A DNA stretch of 64,000 nucleotides from Callorhinchus milii. Taxonomy: Eukaryota. The stretch covers positions 8,744,001 through 8,808,000 of the forward strand of contig NW_024704743.1 in NCBI RefSeq assembly GCF_018977255.1, read 5' to 3'. This document shows, piece after piece, positions 1-11,769 of this stretch; position 1 is the first letter of the stretch, and each line of letters begins with the position of its first letter. A model generated the notes under the pieces. That model saw only the letters and a program-made list of their open reading frames with translations. It was not told the DNA's origin and searched no databases. Position numbers and translations under genes: made by a program.

Positions 1-439
1 TGTTATGACAGTCATAAAATAGTTAAGACAGCCAATGTTGTAATGTAATATTACATTGTAATTTCAGTTTTCTTGTAAATATTGTCCCTTCCCTGTGCAA
101 TCAAATGAATGTGCAGCTCAGAGGGCTTCTCAGGTCTGTTTTTGCCTATAAAAACAGTCACTGCATTTGACAGTGAGTTAAATGTTTTGAAATGGTTCAA
201 CATAATAATGTGCATGTTCTTTACCTCATTAATGCTGGTTGCTAAGAGGGATGTGAGATGCACTTAATTCCCCCTCCTCTTTTGCTCTTGTTTAGCATCT
301 TGTAGTACTCATTGGGGAACTGATCTACAGTGCTGTCCATCCTTCTCAGTGTACAGGATGTTGCTTTCTAAAGTGCCACTAATTTTTTTAATGTCTTCAA
401 CCAGCAGCTTATATAGTCTTAAAACTGCACTCAGTGAAG

Positions 440-812
440 CTGCACCAAACTCCTCATATCCACCACCCCCGTCCTTGCTAATCTCCACTGTCTCTCAGTG
501 GATTAATTTCAAGGTCCTCACCTACAAATTCATTCTCTCTATGGCATCTCCTTATCTCTCTGATCTTCTCCTACTCCTCCGCTTGGCTTCTCTGCTGTAT
601 GTTCCCTGCCCTCTCTGCACCAGCATCAGTGGCCAAGCCTTCAGTTCCTACAGCCCGACCCTCTGGAATTCCTTCCCTCTACATCTCGCCTCCTCCCTTT
701 CTGTTTGGTCTCAAATCTTTGAAGTGCCTACGTCCACCTCCCCTTCTCCCTTCTCAGTATCCACCCCCGTCTCTGAACGTGCTCCAAGTAGTTACCTTAC
801 GTGAAGTACACT
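440..812 (+). mobile_element. Old L2 3' fragment
   Basis: WINFKVLTYK...SPYLSDLL...GQAFS..PTLWNS remnants. Confidence 0.8.
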
Positions 813-821
813 ACATACATT

Positions 822-1080
822 TTTAGCTGGTTAGACTTCAGCAGTACCCCAAAACACACTATAGGGTCCCCAAGCCTTGGCTGTTGCCAACCTGCGCCTA
901 ATACTTTCCAGAATTAGGTAAGTAGGATGTGTCCCTCCAGGGAGATAGTGCGCATTTCATTCCAACAATCTGTCTCTGCGATTTCCATGTGGAGGTGGGA
1001 TGCATAGTTACAATATCAGTTTAGTTAGGATACTCTTAAGCATGATGATGAGTTTCCGCATGGCAGATACCAGACTGATA
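822..1080 (+). repeat. Unclassified interspersed repeat (3' fragments also at 9300-9390 +, 13630-13725 + and 17935-17985 -)
   Basis: Shared blocks including ggatactcttaagcatg.tgatg.gtttccgcatg. Confidence 0.78.
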
Positions 1081-1238
1081 ACGCCCTCATAAAAAAACAG
1101 TTGTTATTGTTTACTCACCCCGGCTAATGTAAACATAAATATGGTTTTGTGATCTGACCATCAATGACACCACCTGCTTGGGAAGTACCTACAGAGGAGG
1201 ATACGCCACTTTTTTAAAACAGATCTTTTTCCCTTTAG

Positions 1239-1438
1239 GTGAGCTTCAACATACGTATTACAGCAAACACGTGCCTGGGTAAAGGAAAGAAGGCAACTGT
1301 TGAAATCAAACCGATAGGTTTCAGTGAGAGGGTCAAAGTTACCCTGAGGGTTATTTGTGAATGTGGGTGCCAAGAATTGGCTGTTGTTAACAGCCCAGAA
1401 TGTTACGGGAATGGAGCGCTTGAGTGTGGAGCCTGCAG
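1239..1438 (+). CDS. Integrin beta-1-like gene, internal exon (end of hybrid domain + I-EGF1); equivalent to ITGB1 exon 11
   Basis: Polypyrimidine acceptor ccctttAG|GTG and donor AG|GTAGGT; 200 nt. Encodes VSFNIRITANTC...IKPIGFSERVKVTLRVICECGCQ...GNGALECGACR, colinear with ITGB1 VQFEISITSNKC...[23 protein letters not shown]...GNGTFECGACR. Confidence 0.96.
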
Positions 1439-1505
1439 GTAGGTCACTAACCTGGCTACGAAGCAGTAATAGTAAAATTAGCCAGAGCGCTGAAGGAGTA
1501 ATGAA

Positions 1506-1735
1506 TAATAATAATCCTTGTGTTTGATATAGCGCTTTGCCACATCATTGAGACGTTTCAAAGTGCTTCACAGAATATACTGTAAAGTGAATTAACCCTA
1601 TATTTTGTGGACGAAACGCGGCAGTCAATTGCGCACAGATAGTTATGGAATTGAGTAAGGAAATTTGCCTAAGCTTTTGCCCTGTCGGGGAAGGGAACCC
1701 AGGTCCTTTCGCTTGTGAAATGAGTGCTCTAACCA
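1506..1735 (-). mobile_element. Deu-core SINE (internally deleted) in an integrin intron
   Basis: (AAT)n tail, partial core and head. Confidence 0.82.
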
Positions 1736-2274
1736 ATACTGAAATTGTTAATCAAGACAGGAAACCAACCTAGAATATATGCTGACATCACCTAGAGGGT
1801 AATTTGATTCACCGTTCCTTCAGTACGAGCACTTCCGTAATGGTCCCTTCAAAGCTGCAATAAATGGCTCAGTATCATTACAAATAACGTTATTAAAGCT
1901 GTCAGCAATTTAAATGACTTTAAATGAAAACCCGAGACATCTCACCTAGTCTTAGTCTGTAAATCGATTTAGTCTTCAAATTTAAGATCATATTAAAAAT
2001 TGTTAATTTCTTAAATTCAGGCTTAATTTAGAATTTAGTTTTCCACAAAGAACCCGCTTCAAAATTTAGAATGAACTTTAAGACAAATTACAGGTAAGAT
2101 GTGATAGAAGTCATCAATTCCCAAAGGTTGTTCTATTGGGCCTGATATGGTGTAGAGCCAGTCAGCCTTGCTGCTCCACACTGATCTGCTCCTGGAAGCA
2201 AACTGAATGTGTTTTATAAGCGCATAGTCATTGTCAGCAATATGAAAAAACGTGGCTGTTTTTATGAACTTCAG

Positions 2275-2513
2275 ATGTCGTGAGGGACACGTCGGACAGC
2301 ACTGTGAATGCGATATCAGTGACCTGGATAGCGAGGAACTGAATGCTTCCTGCAGGAGAGACCGTACAGCTCCAATTTGTAGTAACATTGGAGATTGCAT
2401 CTGTGGGGAATGTGTCTGCCCAAAGAGGGAAAGTCCTAATGAAATCATCTCAGGCAGATATTGTGAATGTGACAACTTCAGCTGTGAACGATCCAATGGT
2501 TTAATTTGTGGAG
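2275..2513 (+). CDS. Integrin beta-1-like gene, internal exon (I-EGF repeats); equivalent to ITGB1 exon 12
   Basis: ttcAG|A acceptor and GAG|GTATGT donor; 239 nt; phase-compatible with both neighbours. Encodes [12 protein letters not shown]...[14 protein letters not shown]...[22 protein letters not shown]. Confidence 0.97.
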
Positions 2514-2833
2514 GTATGTTTTTTTAATTTGTCGGCAAGAGCAGAAACTCTAATGTGTGTGGATAAAAGACACAATAATAATAATAATCCTTATGTTTCA
2601 TAGACTGCATTTCACTTCAAAAGGATATTTCAAAGTTCTTCAGGGATTCACCATAAAACACGTAGTGACTGTTTATTTTGTAGGAGAATGTAGCAGTGAA
2701 TTTGGGCAATTCACTTTGGGTACTGTGAGATCCAGATAACATCATAACATCACTTTGTTGTTCAAAGCACAACCAAGGTGTGCCAAGAGGGAACTCCTGG
2801 ATCAAAACAACCTTGATCTTTTACTATTCGCAG

Positions 2834-3056
2834 GAAATGGTGTATGCACTTGTGGATGGTGTCAATGCCGTGATAACTTTACTGGCAGTGCCTGTGAGTG
2901 CTCACTGGACCAGTCAACATGTATTTCAAGGAACGGACAGATTTGTAATGGCAGAGGAATATGTCAATGCGGTCGTTGCAAATGCATGGATCATATATAC
3001 GTAGGCCCTACTTGTGACGTATGTCCAACTTGTCTTGGACTTTGTGACGTATACAA
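2834..3056 (+). CDS. Integrin beta-1-like gene, internal exon (I-EGF3/4); equivalent to ITGB1 exon 13
   Basis: ttcgcAG|GA acceptor and AA|GTAGGT donor; 223 nt. Encodes [50 protein letters not shown]...[12 protein letters not shown] with ITGB1 cysteine spacing. Confidence 0.97.
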
Positions 3057-3728
3057 GTAGGTGGACTTCATCATGAGGATATGATTTTTAACTGGAATGT
3101 TTAGTTATAAGCAAAACTAATGTTTTTGAATGAAGAGATATTAGTGCTGGAAAATGTTTCCATTTGGGCATTGGGCTTGTAAAGCTTCTCATGTTTTAGG
3201 CTTAAGAGCATTGCCTTAAAATTCCAGAACTTGCATAATTTCAGAAAATGCTCTTAAATTTGTTCTTAATTTGCAAGCCAATTTTGTACATTCTTTGTAG
3301 GATTTGCAGAAAATTAAGATTTTTTTAATTTATGATTTAATTTGAGATTGTTTTCCAAAATCCTGAACACTCTTAAATTAAACAGTAAATCTTGCATTGG
3401 ATATAGATCATTTCATGTCACAAAGACATTTTAAAGCGGTTCAAGTGATTTACTGTAATGTGTAGTGACTATGTATTTTCGAGGCAAATGAATGTGATGA
3501 ATTATGCCTATGAACATGAAGAATTTCGGACCCCTGATGTTTTGTGTTGACTTGAACAGTAAATTCATTTGTCATTAAATAGAAGCTTCAAGCATCTTAA
3601 AAAAATATTTTAAGGCTGCGAGACATCATGGAACCTTAATTTTAAGGGACCAACCTTAAATGTTGTAATTGGATAGGATATTTTCTTCTTATTTTTGCTC
3701 ATTCTTTGTTCTCTTTTGCAACACTTAG

Positions 3729-3937
3729 GGACTGTGTTCAATGTAAAGCCTTTGGGAAAGGACCTAAGAAAAATACATGTGATCAGTGCGAGTTTGAAGT
3801 GACATTGGTGGAGCAGTTACCAGAATCTGAGTCTACTGTTCCTTGCAAGGCAAGGGACGAGGAGGACTGCTGGTTCATGTACACTTATTCTCTTTTTGAC
3901 CAGAATGTCCCTGTTGTTCACGTCGCTAAAATCCAAG
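3729..3937 (+). CDS. Integrin beta-1-like gene, beta-tail domain exon; equivalent to ITGB1 exon 14 (extends to stop at 3978 if the donor is not used)
   Basis: cttAG|G acceptor and AAG|GTGAGA donor; 209 nt. Encodes DCVQCKAFGKGPKKNTC...CKARDEEDCWFMYTYS...VVHVAKIQ, versus ITGB1 ECVQCRAFNKGEKKDTC...CKEKDVDDCWFYFTYS...MVHVVENP. Confidence 0.95.
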
Positions 3938-4048
3938 GTGAGAATAATTTTCTCAGATCATGTGCCTCAATATTGTAATAACGTTATTTGATTTTATTTG
4001 TAATGTCTTCAGAAAGATAGCATAGCAAATAATGCCTTGTGCTTGACA

Positions 4049-4054
4049 AATAAA
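4049..4054 (+). terminator. Candidate polyadenylation signal for a read-through terminal form of the integrin gene
   Basis: AATAAA 70 nt after the in-frame TAA at 3976-3978. The context is AT-rich, so it could be chance. Confidence 0.3.
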
Positions 4055-7000
4055 AAGGATCAATAATTTATGTTCAGATTGCACTTTCCATGTCGGGAGG
4101 ACATCTGAAAGCACTTCACACAACTGACTGGGAGCCCAAGCTGGGGATGGGGGGAACTGAGAATGGTTAGGAAGAACCCCAGATGGAATTATGCAGAGCA
4201 GGGCAAGATGGTGGAGCAGATCAGGCAGCGACATGAGGATTCAATGAGCAGAGAAAGCGGCCAGGATGGACGGGTTGGAAGAGGGCCTAGATATAGGGGT
4301 GAGCGAGGCCATGGAATCATTTTAATACAAGGACGAGGATCTTTATTTATCTGCTGGAGGATGGGAAGTCAGCACGTTTTAACATTCCAAGATGCCGTCC
4401 AGTGTGAAGGGCGCTATATAAATGCAAGTTGTTGTATTCGGTTGAGGATGTTGGCGATCATGTCATTTTCAAAAGCAAATAGTGAAGGAATTCTGTACAA
4501 GAATATGTGAATATACTAGAATGATTCCAACACGTTCTGTGTTTGTTTTTTTGCCATTCTTCAGGGTTGCAGTGCACTTTATTTTAAAGGCTTGCTTTCC
4601 CATTACTTCCATCTGTTCAGTGTGGTGGAAATCACAGCGACAATTGTGAAATAGAAGACAGGCATTTCCCACAGGGAAGGGGGAGAAAATCAAACCTACA
4701 GGTCCCATTATTGTAACAGAACCCTTTCAGTCACTTGAAGCATGCTGTGGAATCAGCCTGCTTCTTAATAGCATTCTCTTCTCGTATCTATTTGTCAGCT
4801 CCCTACAGCAAAGAAAGAGCTTCCAATCAGACGGATGAGTCAAACAAAGGAAAAATAGCTATTGCCCCAGTGAGAACATGAAAGTTAGGGATGAGTCATG
4901 ACAGCCACTCAATAGATACCTGCAATTACATTTCAATGGGAAAAGAAAAATGATCAGGGATTTTTAAAAAGGTACAATTTACTGTATTTTTATTTAAAAT
5001 TTCAGTAGATGCATGCCACTACTGAATTGTTAATGCCCATAGTGAACACTTTTATGAGTGCATATTGAAGTATTTATATCTCAGATTAATACTGGTGGCA
5101 TTTATGACATATATTAGCATATGTAAGAGTTTTCGCTGTGGGAAATGGCTGTGGTAGTTTCACAAAAGGACATTATTGCATGGTTAAAAACATCTTCCTA
5201 TGTCTGCACACGGCAAAACCTCATTTGTGCTGGAAAACTCGCTGCAGGACAAGTATCACTGAGGATCCAGATGTGTTGGATGATGAGTGATCCAGTGAGC
5301 TCAAAACACTGTCCTCACAGTCAGACCTTATCTATGTCTTCTTCTGAATTATTGATTCAATTAACTCAGTTGATTGAACAAGTGTGTGAATATGCTGTTT
5401 GTTTGATATCTGCGTCTGTCATCTGCCGTTCCTGGTAGAAGTGATAAATGAGTTGAAGGGACATTATTTTCTCAAATGTTAGGCACCGAGAGAAACAACA
5501 GTGCTACCTTTCAGCAATAGCACCTGGGGCATGCAGTCATTATTCATTGTTAACACTGAGTGACGATGTGACATTAATGGATAGAAGTTCTCATGCCTTC
5601 TGAATATTTAACCACTTTACTGTCTAGACTTGTAAGAAAAATGTGTTGTATGGTTTAATACGCAGATTTGTTTCAGGCCCCTACAGTCTGCATAATTTTA
5701 AATAAATGTATGCCGCATATAATATTACCCTTGAAAATGCAGTAGAGAGCTGATTATCTGCACTAATTGGGACTGCCTGTTGTGGATAAGGAAACGATGC
5801 AGATAACTGGTCATCAGTCTAAATACAAATTGGTTCCGTTGCTAACCAAAAAATAATTACATTGGGAGTTGCATATTTTCGTTATAGTACTGCACTGTGT
5901 ATGTCCTTCTCATTTCTTTCGTCATTCTTACTCTCTCGTTATTTCTCCAACTCTTTCTTCTTTTTTCTCTCTCCCTCTCTTTTGAGTCTTTTTCTCTCCA
6001 ACACAGCACCCCCCCCCACCTCCCCGAATCACCAAGTCAATGCTGCACTCTCTCAATGATGGTGAGCATCATGCCAAGTTAGCATTGAATTTTCAGATCA
6101 TAGCCTTTGCTGCTGATTAGCATCATACTTGTCTTTTTACTAAACAAACAAAAACAAGGCAGTCAGTAAAATGACCTCCGGCTCATCCAGGGAACGTTTG
6201 ATGTGATAAACATTGATTTGCTAAATTGACCCTAATGTCTAAACAAAAACATTATTTTGTGAAATCCTTGTGGTCTTCAAGGTAAAGTGTGTCCAGAGTT
6301 GGAAAACAGAACTTGTTTCCATTTGGGGCATTCAGTTTGTCTCACTTGTGTATTGATATACTTTGTTGGAGTTTTAAGTAAGGAAGATGTTGGGCTTCTT
6401 GCAGCCAACGCCACAAGATCGCCAGATTGGTTCTGATGAAAGAGTACCTTTCAGCCCAAACATCTCAAACTTTGACCCATTTGAACTTGGTTTGTTTTGT
6501 GTTTGAAATCTTCCGCATTGCAGCTGGGAGCTCACTCCTTCTAATTCACAGGAAGGACATTTATGCACTTTCATGATGTTTACTGGGAAAATTGAGCAAC
6601 TAGATGAATAAATAAGCAGTGTGGGGTTGGGAGATTTCCTGTGTCTGCAGCATGTGTCTGCAGCATAGATGGTTTTAAAGGGATGATTTTTTTGCAGCTC
6701 AACATAGAAAGATCATTGTGATCCATCTTACTTGCACCAGTAAAATACAAATCGTACAAAACTTTTAAGTCCTCAATGAATTTCTTCGTCAGATAGCTAT
6801 CTAATTCTATCTTTAATTTGCTGACTAAGCATCTTAATCTCTTTGGTGGCTAGTCTATTCCACTAACCCCTGAGGAAACTAATTAAATCTAAACTGTTCA
6901 CATTCTTTCTGGATTTTCTGGGTTCTAATCACCATGTTGTAGAGTTTAACCATGTCAGACATAATAATAATAATCTTTGCCTCTGGAGTAGCAGTTTATC

Positions 7001-10000
7001 ATGTTGTCAAAACTTCTGAAAACACTTCACAAGAATGTATAATGACTTACCGTGAATGTGTAGTGACTGTGTAATGGTAGGTGAATGCGGTAGGTTGGCA
7101 CTGTGTGTGGGGAGACCTGGGCACAGAGAGGAAACGACTTGCATTGTGTGGTCTGAAAGAAGGGCTGGAATTATATAGTGGAGAAGAAGAGCTGGCACTG
7201 TGTGGTGCTCGAGTGACTGCATAACATTTGGTGGAAGCACTAAAGGTCGTACAAGTCAGTGTAAACTATATGGGGTTTTCTGTTGGGGATTACACAAGAG
7301 GATTTATCAGTGAGCAGTGTGCCAGTAAAGCTACTGATCTCCTGAGCAACAACTACTACAAATTACATCTTTATAGCGCCTTTCACATTGGGAGGACATC
7401 CCAAGGCGATGGACAGTCAAGGATTTGCGCTAGAGCTGAGGTTTGGGTTCAGGAAAGGTGGAGGGCAGGAAGGGTGGGAGAAGGAGGGTGAAGAAAGGAG
7501 AATCTTGAGACAGACAAGGGAGCAGTGCTTTTTCAACCCCGTAGTACTCCAGGTGATGACCTGATATCCTCACTGTCTTGATATCCATAATGGATTGGTC
7601 TCCATTAGTGGGGTTGTGGGGCTCCTTACTGTATAAATAAAACACATTGTTTTTTTTCCTTTAACATCGAAATGGCAAAAAAACAACATGCAGAATGAGA
7701 ATATCTAGCCATTCAATAACAAAAGCATTTGATGGTTTCCTTCCAGAAAATTGCTGAACAGGCCACGGTCACACTGGACGATCTAAGCCACAGCAACATC
7801 AGATTGAACACAGCAAAGGACACAGATCATTTCTCAGATGACCAGACTCCATGAATAGGATGTAGCATCAACTCCAACAAGTGTTCCATCCTCAGGCAGT
7901 GATCTGCCACAGAGACCTCAGAACCAATGGATTATATTTCTGATTGCTGTTGCTTTTAGTTAGAATACGTATCCTGGTCGATTTACATGACCTTTTTACA
8001 AAGATGTATTTGATGGATATGTAGCATTGCCAATACTGAGATGGAGTAGTACTGCTCTTTCCTCATCCTCAGATTTGCAATTGCTAAATGTTGCAGATTT
8101 GTTTATGAACTGCAGTGTGTATCCAATTATAACCATGCAGTTTATCTTAACCAGAAATCTATTTATTCTGACAGTGCACATTCCGCACATATATTTTAGA
8201 TTCCTTATTTCTAGTTGTGTCTTTCCAATAGGCAGACAATACGTCAATATTCAGAAGGCATTTTTTTTAACTGAAAGCAGTATGACAAAGCATAATAAAA
8301 CGAAAAGCCTCCTGAGTGTGTCTCTGCAATTTCCTACTTTATCTGTACTGTTATATCATTGCATTTCTTTACCATTTTTTTCTTCAATTTTCTCCCCTTT
8401 CCTGAAAGCTTTTGCCTCCAACTTCTTTCTTCCGGGATCTGTTTCACAGGCTCTGACTGCTGTCCAGTAACTTGCCGAACTGGCCAGATTCTATCCGTGA
8501 GCCTTGATGGTGAGTTTGATAAGCTTTTCAAGGGCTGGAATGTTACAGCTGAGTTTGCTCCTGTCCTCACCTGCTATACACGTGTGGCTAGCTTCCAGCA
8601 GGGCTTTCTGCACAAGGACCAGGAGTAGGAATCCTGATTGGGCTGTTTTTCAGATAGGTTCATTAAATACAACAACAACTTGCATTTATAGAGCACTCTT
8701 CACTTGTGGTAGTGTCACCAGAGAGCAGCCTCCAATATATAAGTGTAGCTTCTTGCACACTAAGTTTGGTTCAAGCTATGGGGCAGAGATAAAATTAACC
8801 ACAGTAAAAATCTTAATTGACCCTTTTTGTAAGGGATATGCTAGGGCTTGACTGACTGGATCAAGTAACACTATTTGACTGGGATGGAGCATTTATTTGC
8901 ATGCACCCTCTGAGGATGAATTTTGCTGTTGTCAGAATGTAAAACAAAAGGAATATCAAAGAGGGTAACGAAAAATCTCTCAAATTCAACCAGAGGTTTT
9001 GAAGATCAAGTCAATCAATGTCTTCAAAAGATCATAAGATTGGTTTGGATGAAGAAGGCCCTTCGGCCAATATGATCTCATTCTTCCCACCCTTCTGATT
9101 ACAGAATCAAGCTGTTTTTCTTTTTAAATGAGCCCATCATTTACCCAATTGGTAAAGAAATTCTTCCAGGTGTCTGTCCTGAAATTTCCCTTTGCAACAC
9201 CAAATTTACATCCTCTTCTACTGTTTCGTGCATCCAAAATATCTGATGTATGCATCCAGGTGTTTCCAGGTGTCTGGTGAGGAAACCCATTACTATGACC
9301 CAACTCTGTTTGGTTTGAATATTCTTAAGCATGGTGATGGGTTTTCACCCAGCCTGGATCGGATAATCATCTTCAGGACACTGGTCAATAATCAGAAGTA
9401 AACAAAGCTTAACGTGTATCTAGCTGTGCAAATTATATGGAGTTTTTATTTAGTTGGATTGTAACAATGGTAAGATTGAATTAAATACAACAACAACAAG
9501 ATTCCATAATAATAGTATAAGCATACTTGGAATAAGATAGCGCTATTTGTCCCATAAAGCAGATTCTATCCGTTGCTCAATGCACCTTAATATTGTCGTT
9601 AAATGCTGATTCATTAAATGGAAAAAGCCCCTTCACTCTTTATCTCCATGGTGATTGAGCAGAAATGGTACTATCCCTATGACCTTCAACCACTTCAACC
9701 CTAGGTATTCTGAAATGCACTGACCCAGAAAACCATGAATGAAGAATCAGAAGGGAAATGGAAGAAAGAATCATAGGAGGCCATTCAGCCCATCGTGTCT
9801 GTGCCGACTCTTTGAAAAAAGCTATCCAATTCGATCCCACTCCCCCACTCTCCCCATATCCCTGCAAACTTGTCCTCCCCAACTAATTATCTACTTCACT
9901 CTTAAAAGTTTTTAGCAAATTGGCTTCCACCACCCTTTCAGATGAGAGAGAGAGATAGATACTTGGGAAGTAAAAATAGTAAAGGATATAGTGAGGGAAG

Positions 10001-11769
10001 CCAAAGAAATGGGATTATAAGAGGTTGTAGCATATGGACCATGGAATGGTCTGTGGTACAGTTAATTGCCTCATGTTCTTAATTTCCCATATTCCTTAAG
10101 TAATCAGTTGATGCAGAATTAAGCATTTGTGTGGAAGCCTATTCTATAATCCGGTGTGGGGGGGAGTGGTGAACTTTTAGCTTTTAAGTCTTGCTCTAAG
10201 TTTGTAATATCTCAGCAAAGTGATAAGTCATGGTATAATACTATAATATAATATAAGTGATATGTGGTAATAACTTAATTAGGCGTTATATCAAATGCAA
10301 GAATTATTATTAGCTTTTCCCACGTAAGAGCACTGCTCTTGTGGATGTTTGTTCTTTTGTCTTTTATTTCCTTGTGTATTTTGTTTTACATTTTATTTAT
10401 GACATGGTTCATAGTTGCTAAGAACACCACATTTATCTCAGGAACTGTTCAAACCTTGCCCAAGGGGTCCTCACTCAAGGTCACCATCCCCAATTGCTGC
10501 AAGGAACACAAACATAATGTGCTCTTGCAGTGCTGGAGACTTCACTTAATGGCATACTCCACAAAACAAGCTCTTTTTTTTTTGGCAGTCGGCAAAATGA
10601 AATAGTTGGGAAGGAGAACAGAAATGTCAACGGGTTTGATGAGAAAATTATTCTAAGGTTAAAGTTCAGGCTGAGATATGTGAGCAATGCTAGTTATGCT
10701 TAGAGTTCCTGCAGTATTGCAGATAGATACATTCTAATGGGATGGGAAGAGCTAATTACAATGTATGTCTGCGAATATCAGAAAGCATTTCATTTGCAAT
10801 ACTTGGGGCAAAGCTGGAATTTAACCAGCTAAAACTATCTGGCAAACATCCCGTTGCTTGTCCAACTAAGAACACCCTATCTGTTAGGGCTTCAGTTTGC
10901 AGTGTTAATAGGAGTAAATGGGAAGAATCCCTGGTCTCAAGTATGCTCTTCAAGTCCAGGCCGGCTGGTCTGCCATTAAAAGAGTGCCCTGGACTCAGCA
11001 ACTGCAATACTGAGACCATCACTGAGAGGATCAACTCCATTCTGCTATTCCACTATCAACCACAACGCTTTGGATTAATATTTGCAAAATGGTTAGTTTT
11101 AAAAAAAAAAGAATGTGAAAAAGGCGGTAGAACAAAACAACACAGGTATTTTTGCTCTCTGGGCATCTTTGGAAAGTGCAACTCTCACAGGTTGCAAACG
11201 GAAGTGGTAATTAGTGCTTCCCATTCTATTGCAAATATTGCAAACTGGATCTTAATGGCAGCTTTATTCACTTCCCACCATTGGAATGCTCTGATCTGAC
11301 CAATTCAAACATTGGTTCTTGATGGTTGGATGACTTAACAGACTTTAATTTGAGGTGTTTATGATTTTGATTCTAATCCCCACAAAAATGAAATTAACTT
11401 GTAAAGCTGGAAATTAGCTTCATACATTAAACTGTGAGAAATGTTGACAAACCACAGTGCTGGAGTTTAAAAAGCCTATGGTTGGCTTTTCTGTGCGAAT
11501 TGTGGGGTTAGTGAGAAATTCACACTCATTTCCTCTTCTAAACAAAACATGTCACCAAATAGCTTCCTGCTTTTCATTTATTGCATTGTGTCTAATTATT
11601 TTAACATAAATTTCAAAATTTACCTTTAAAAGAGCATATTTTAACTTCTGATTATTAGTCTGATATAAAACAGAGCCCCATACATGTTTCTCAGACATTT
11701 ATAACTAACTTGATCCTAAATAATCATAGTGTTTATATAGGATCTTTCATGCCAAGAGGATGTCTCGAA

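Noticed and set aside
7866..7963. GPI-signal-like peptide ASTPTSVPSSGSDLPQRPQNQWIIFLIAVAFS* in phase with the integrin donor
   Set aside because: The acceptor is purine-rich and the hydrophobic tail is short; not distinguishable from chance without RNA data.
8723..8750. EQPPIYKCS, resembling the ITGB1 cytoplasmic GENPIYKS
   Set aside because: Lacks the Asn of NPxY and the second NxxY motif; adjacent to an L2 tail remnant.
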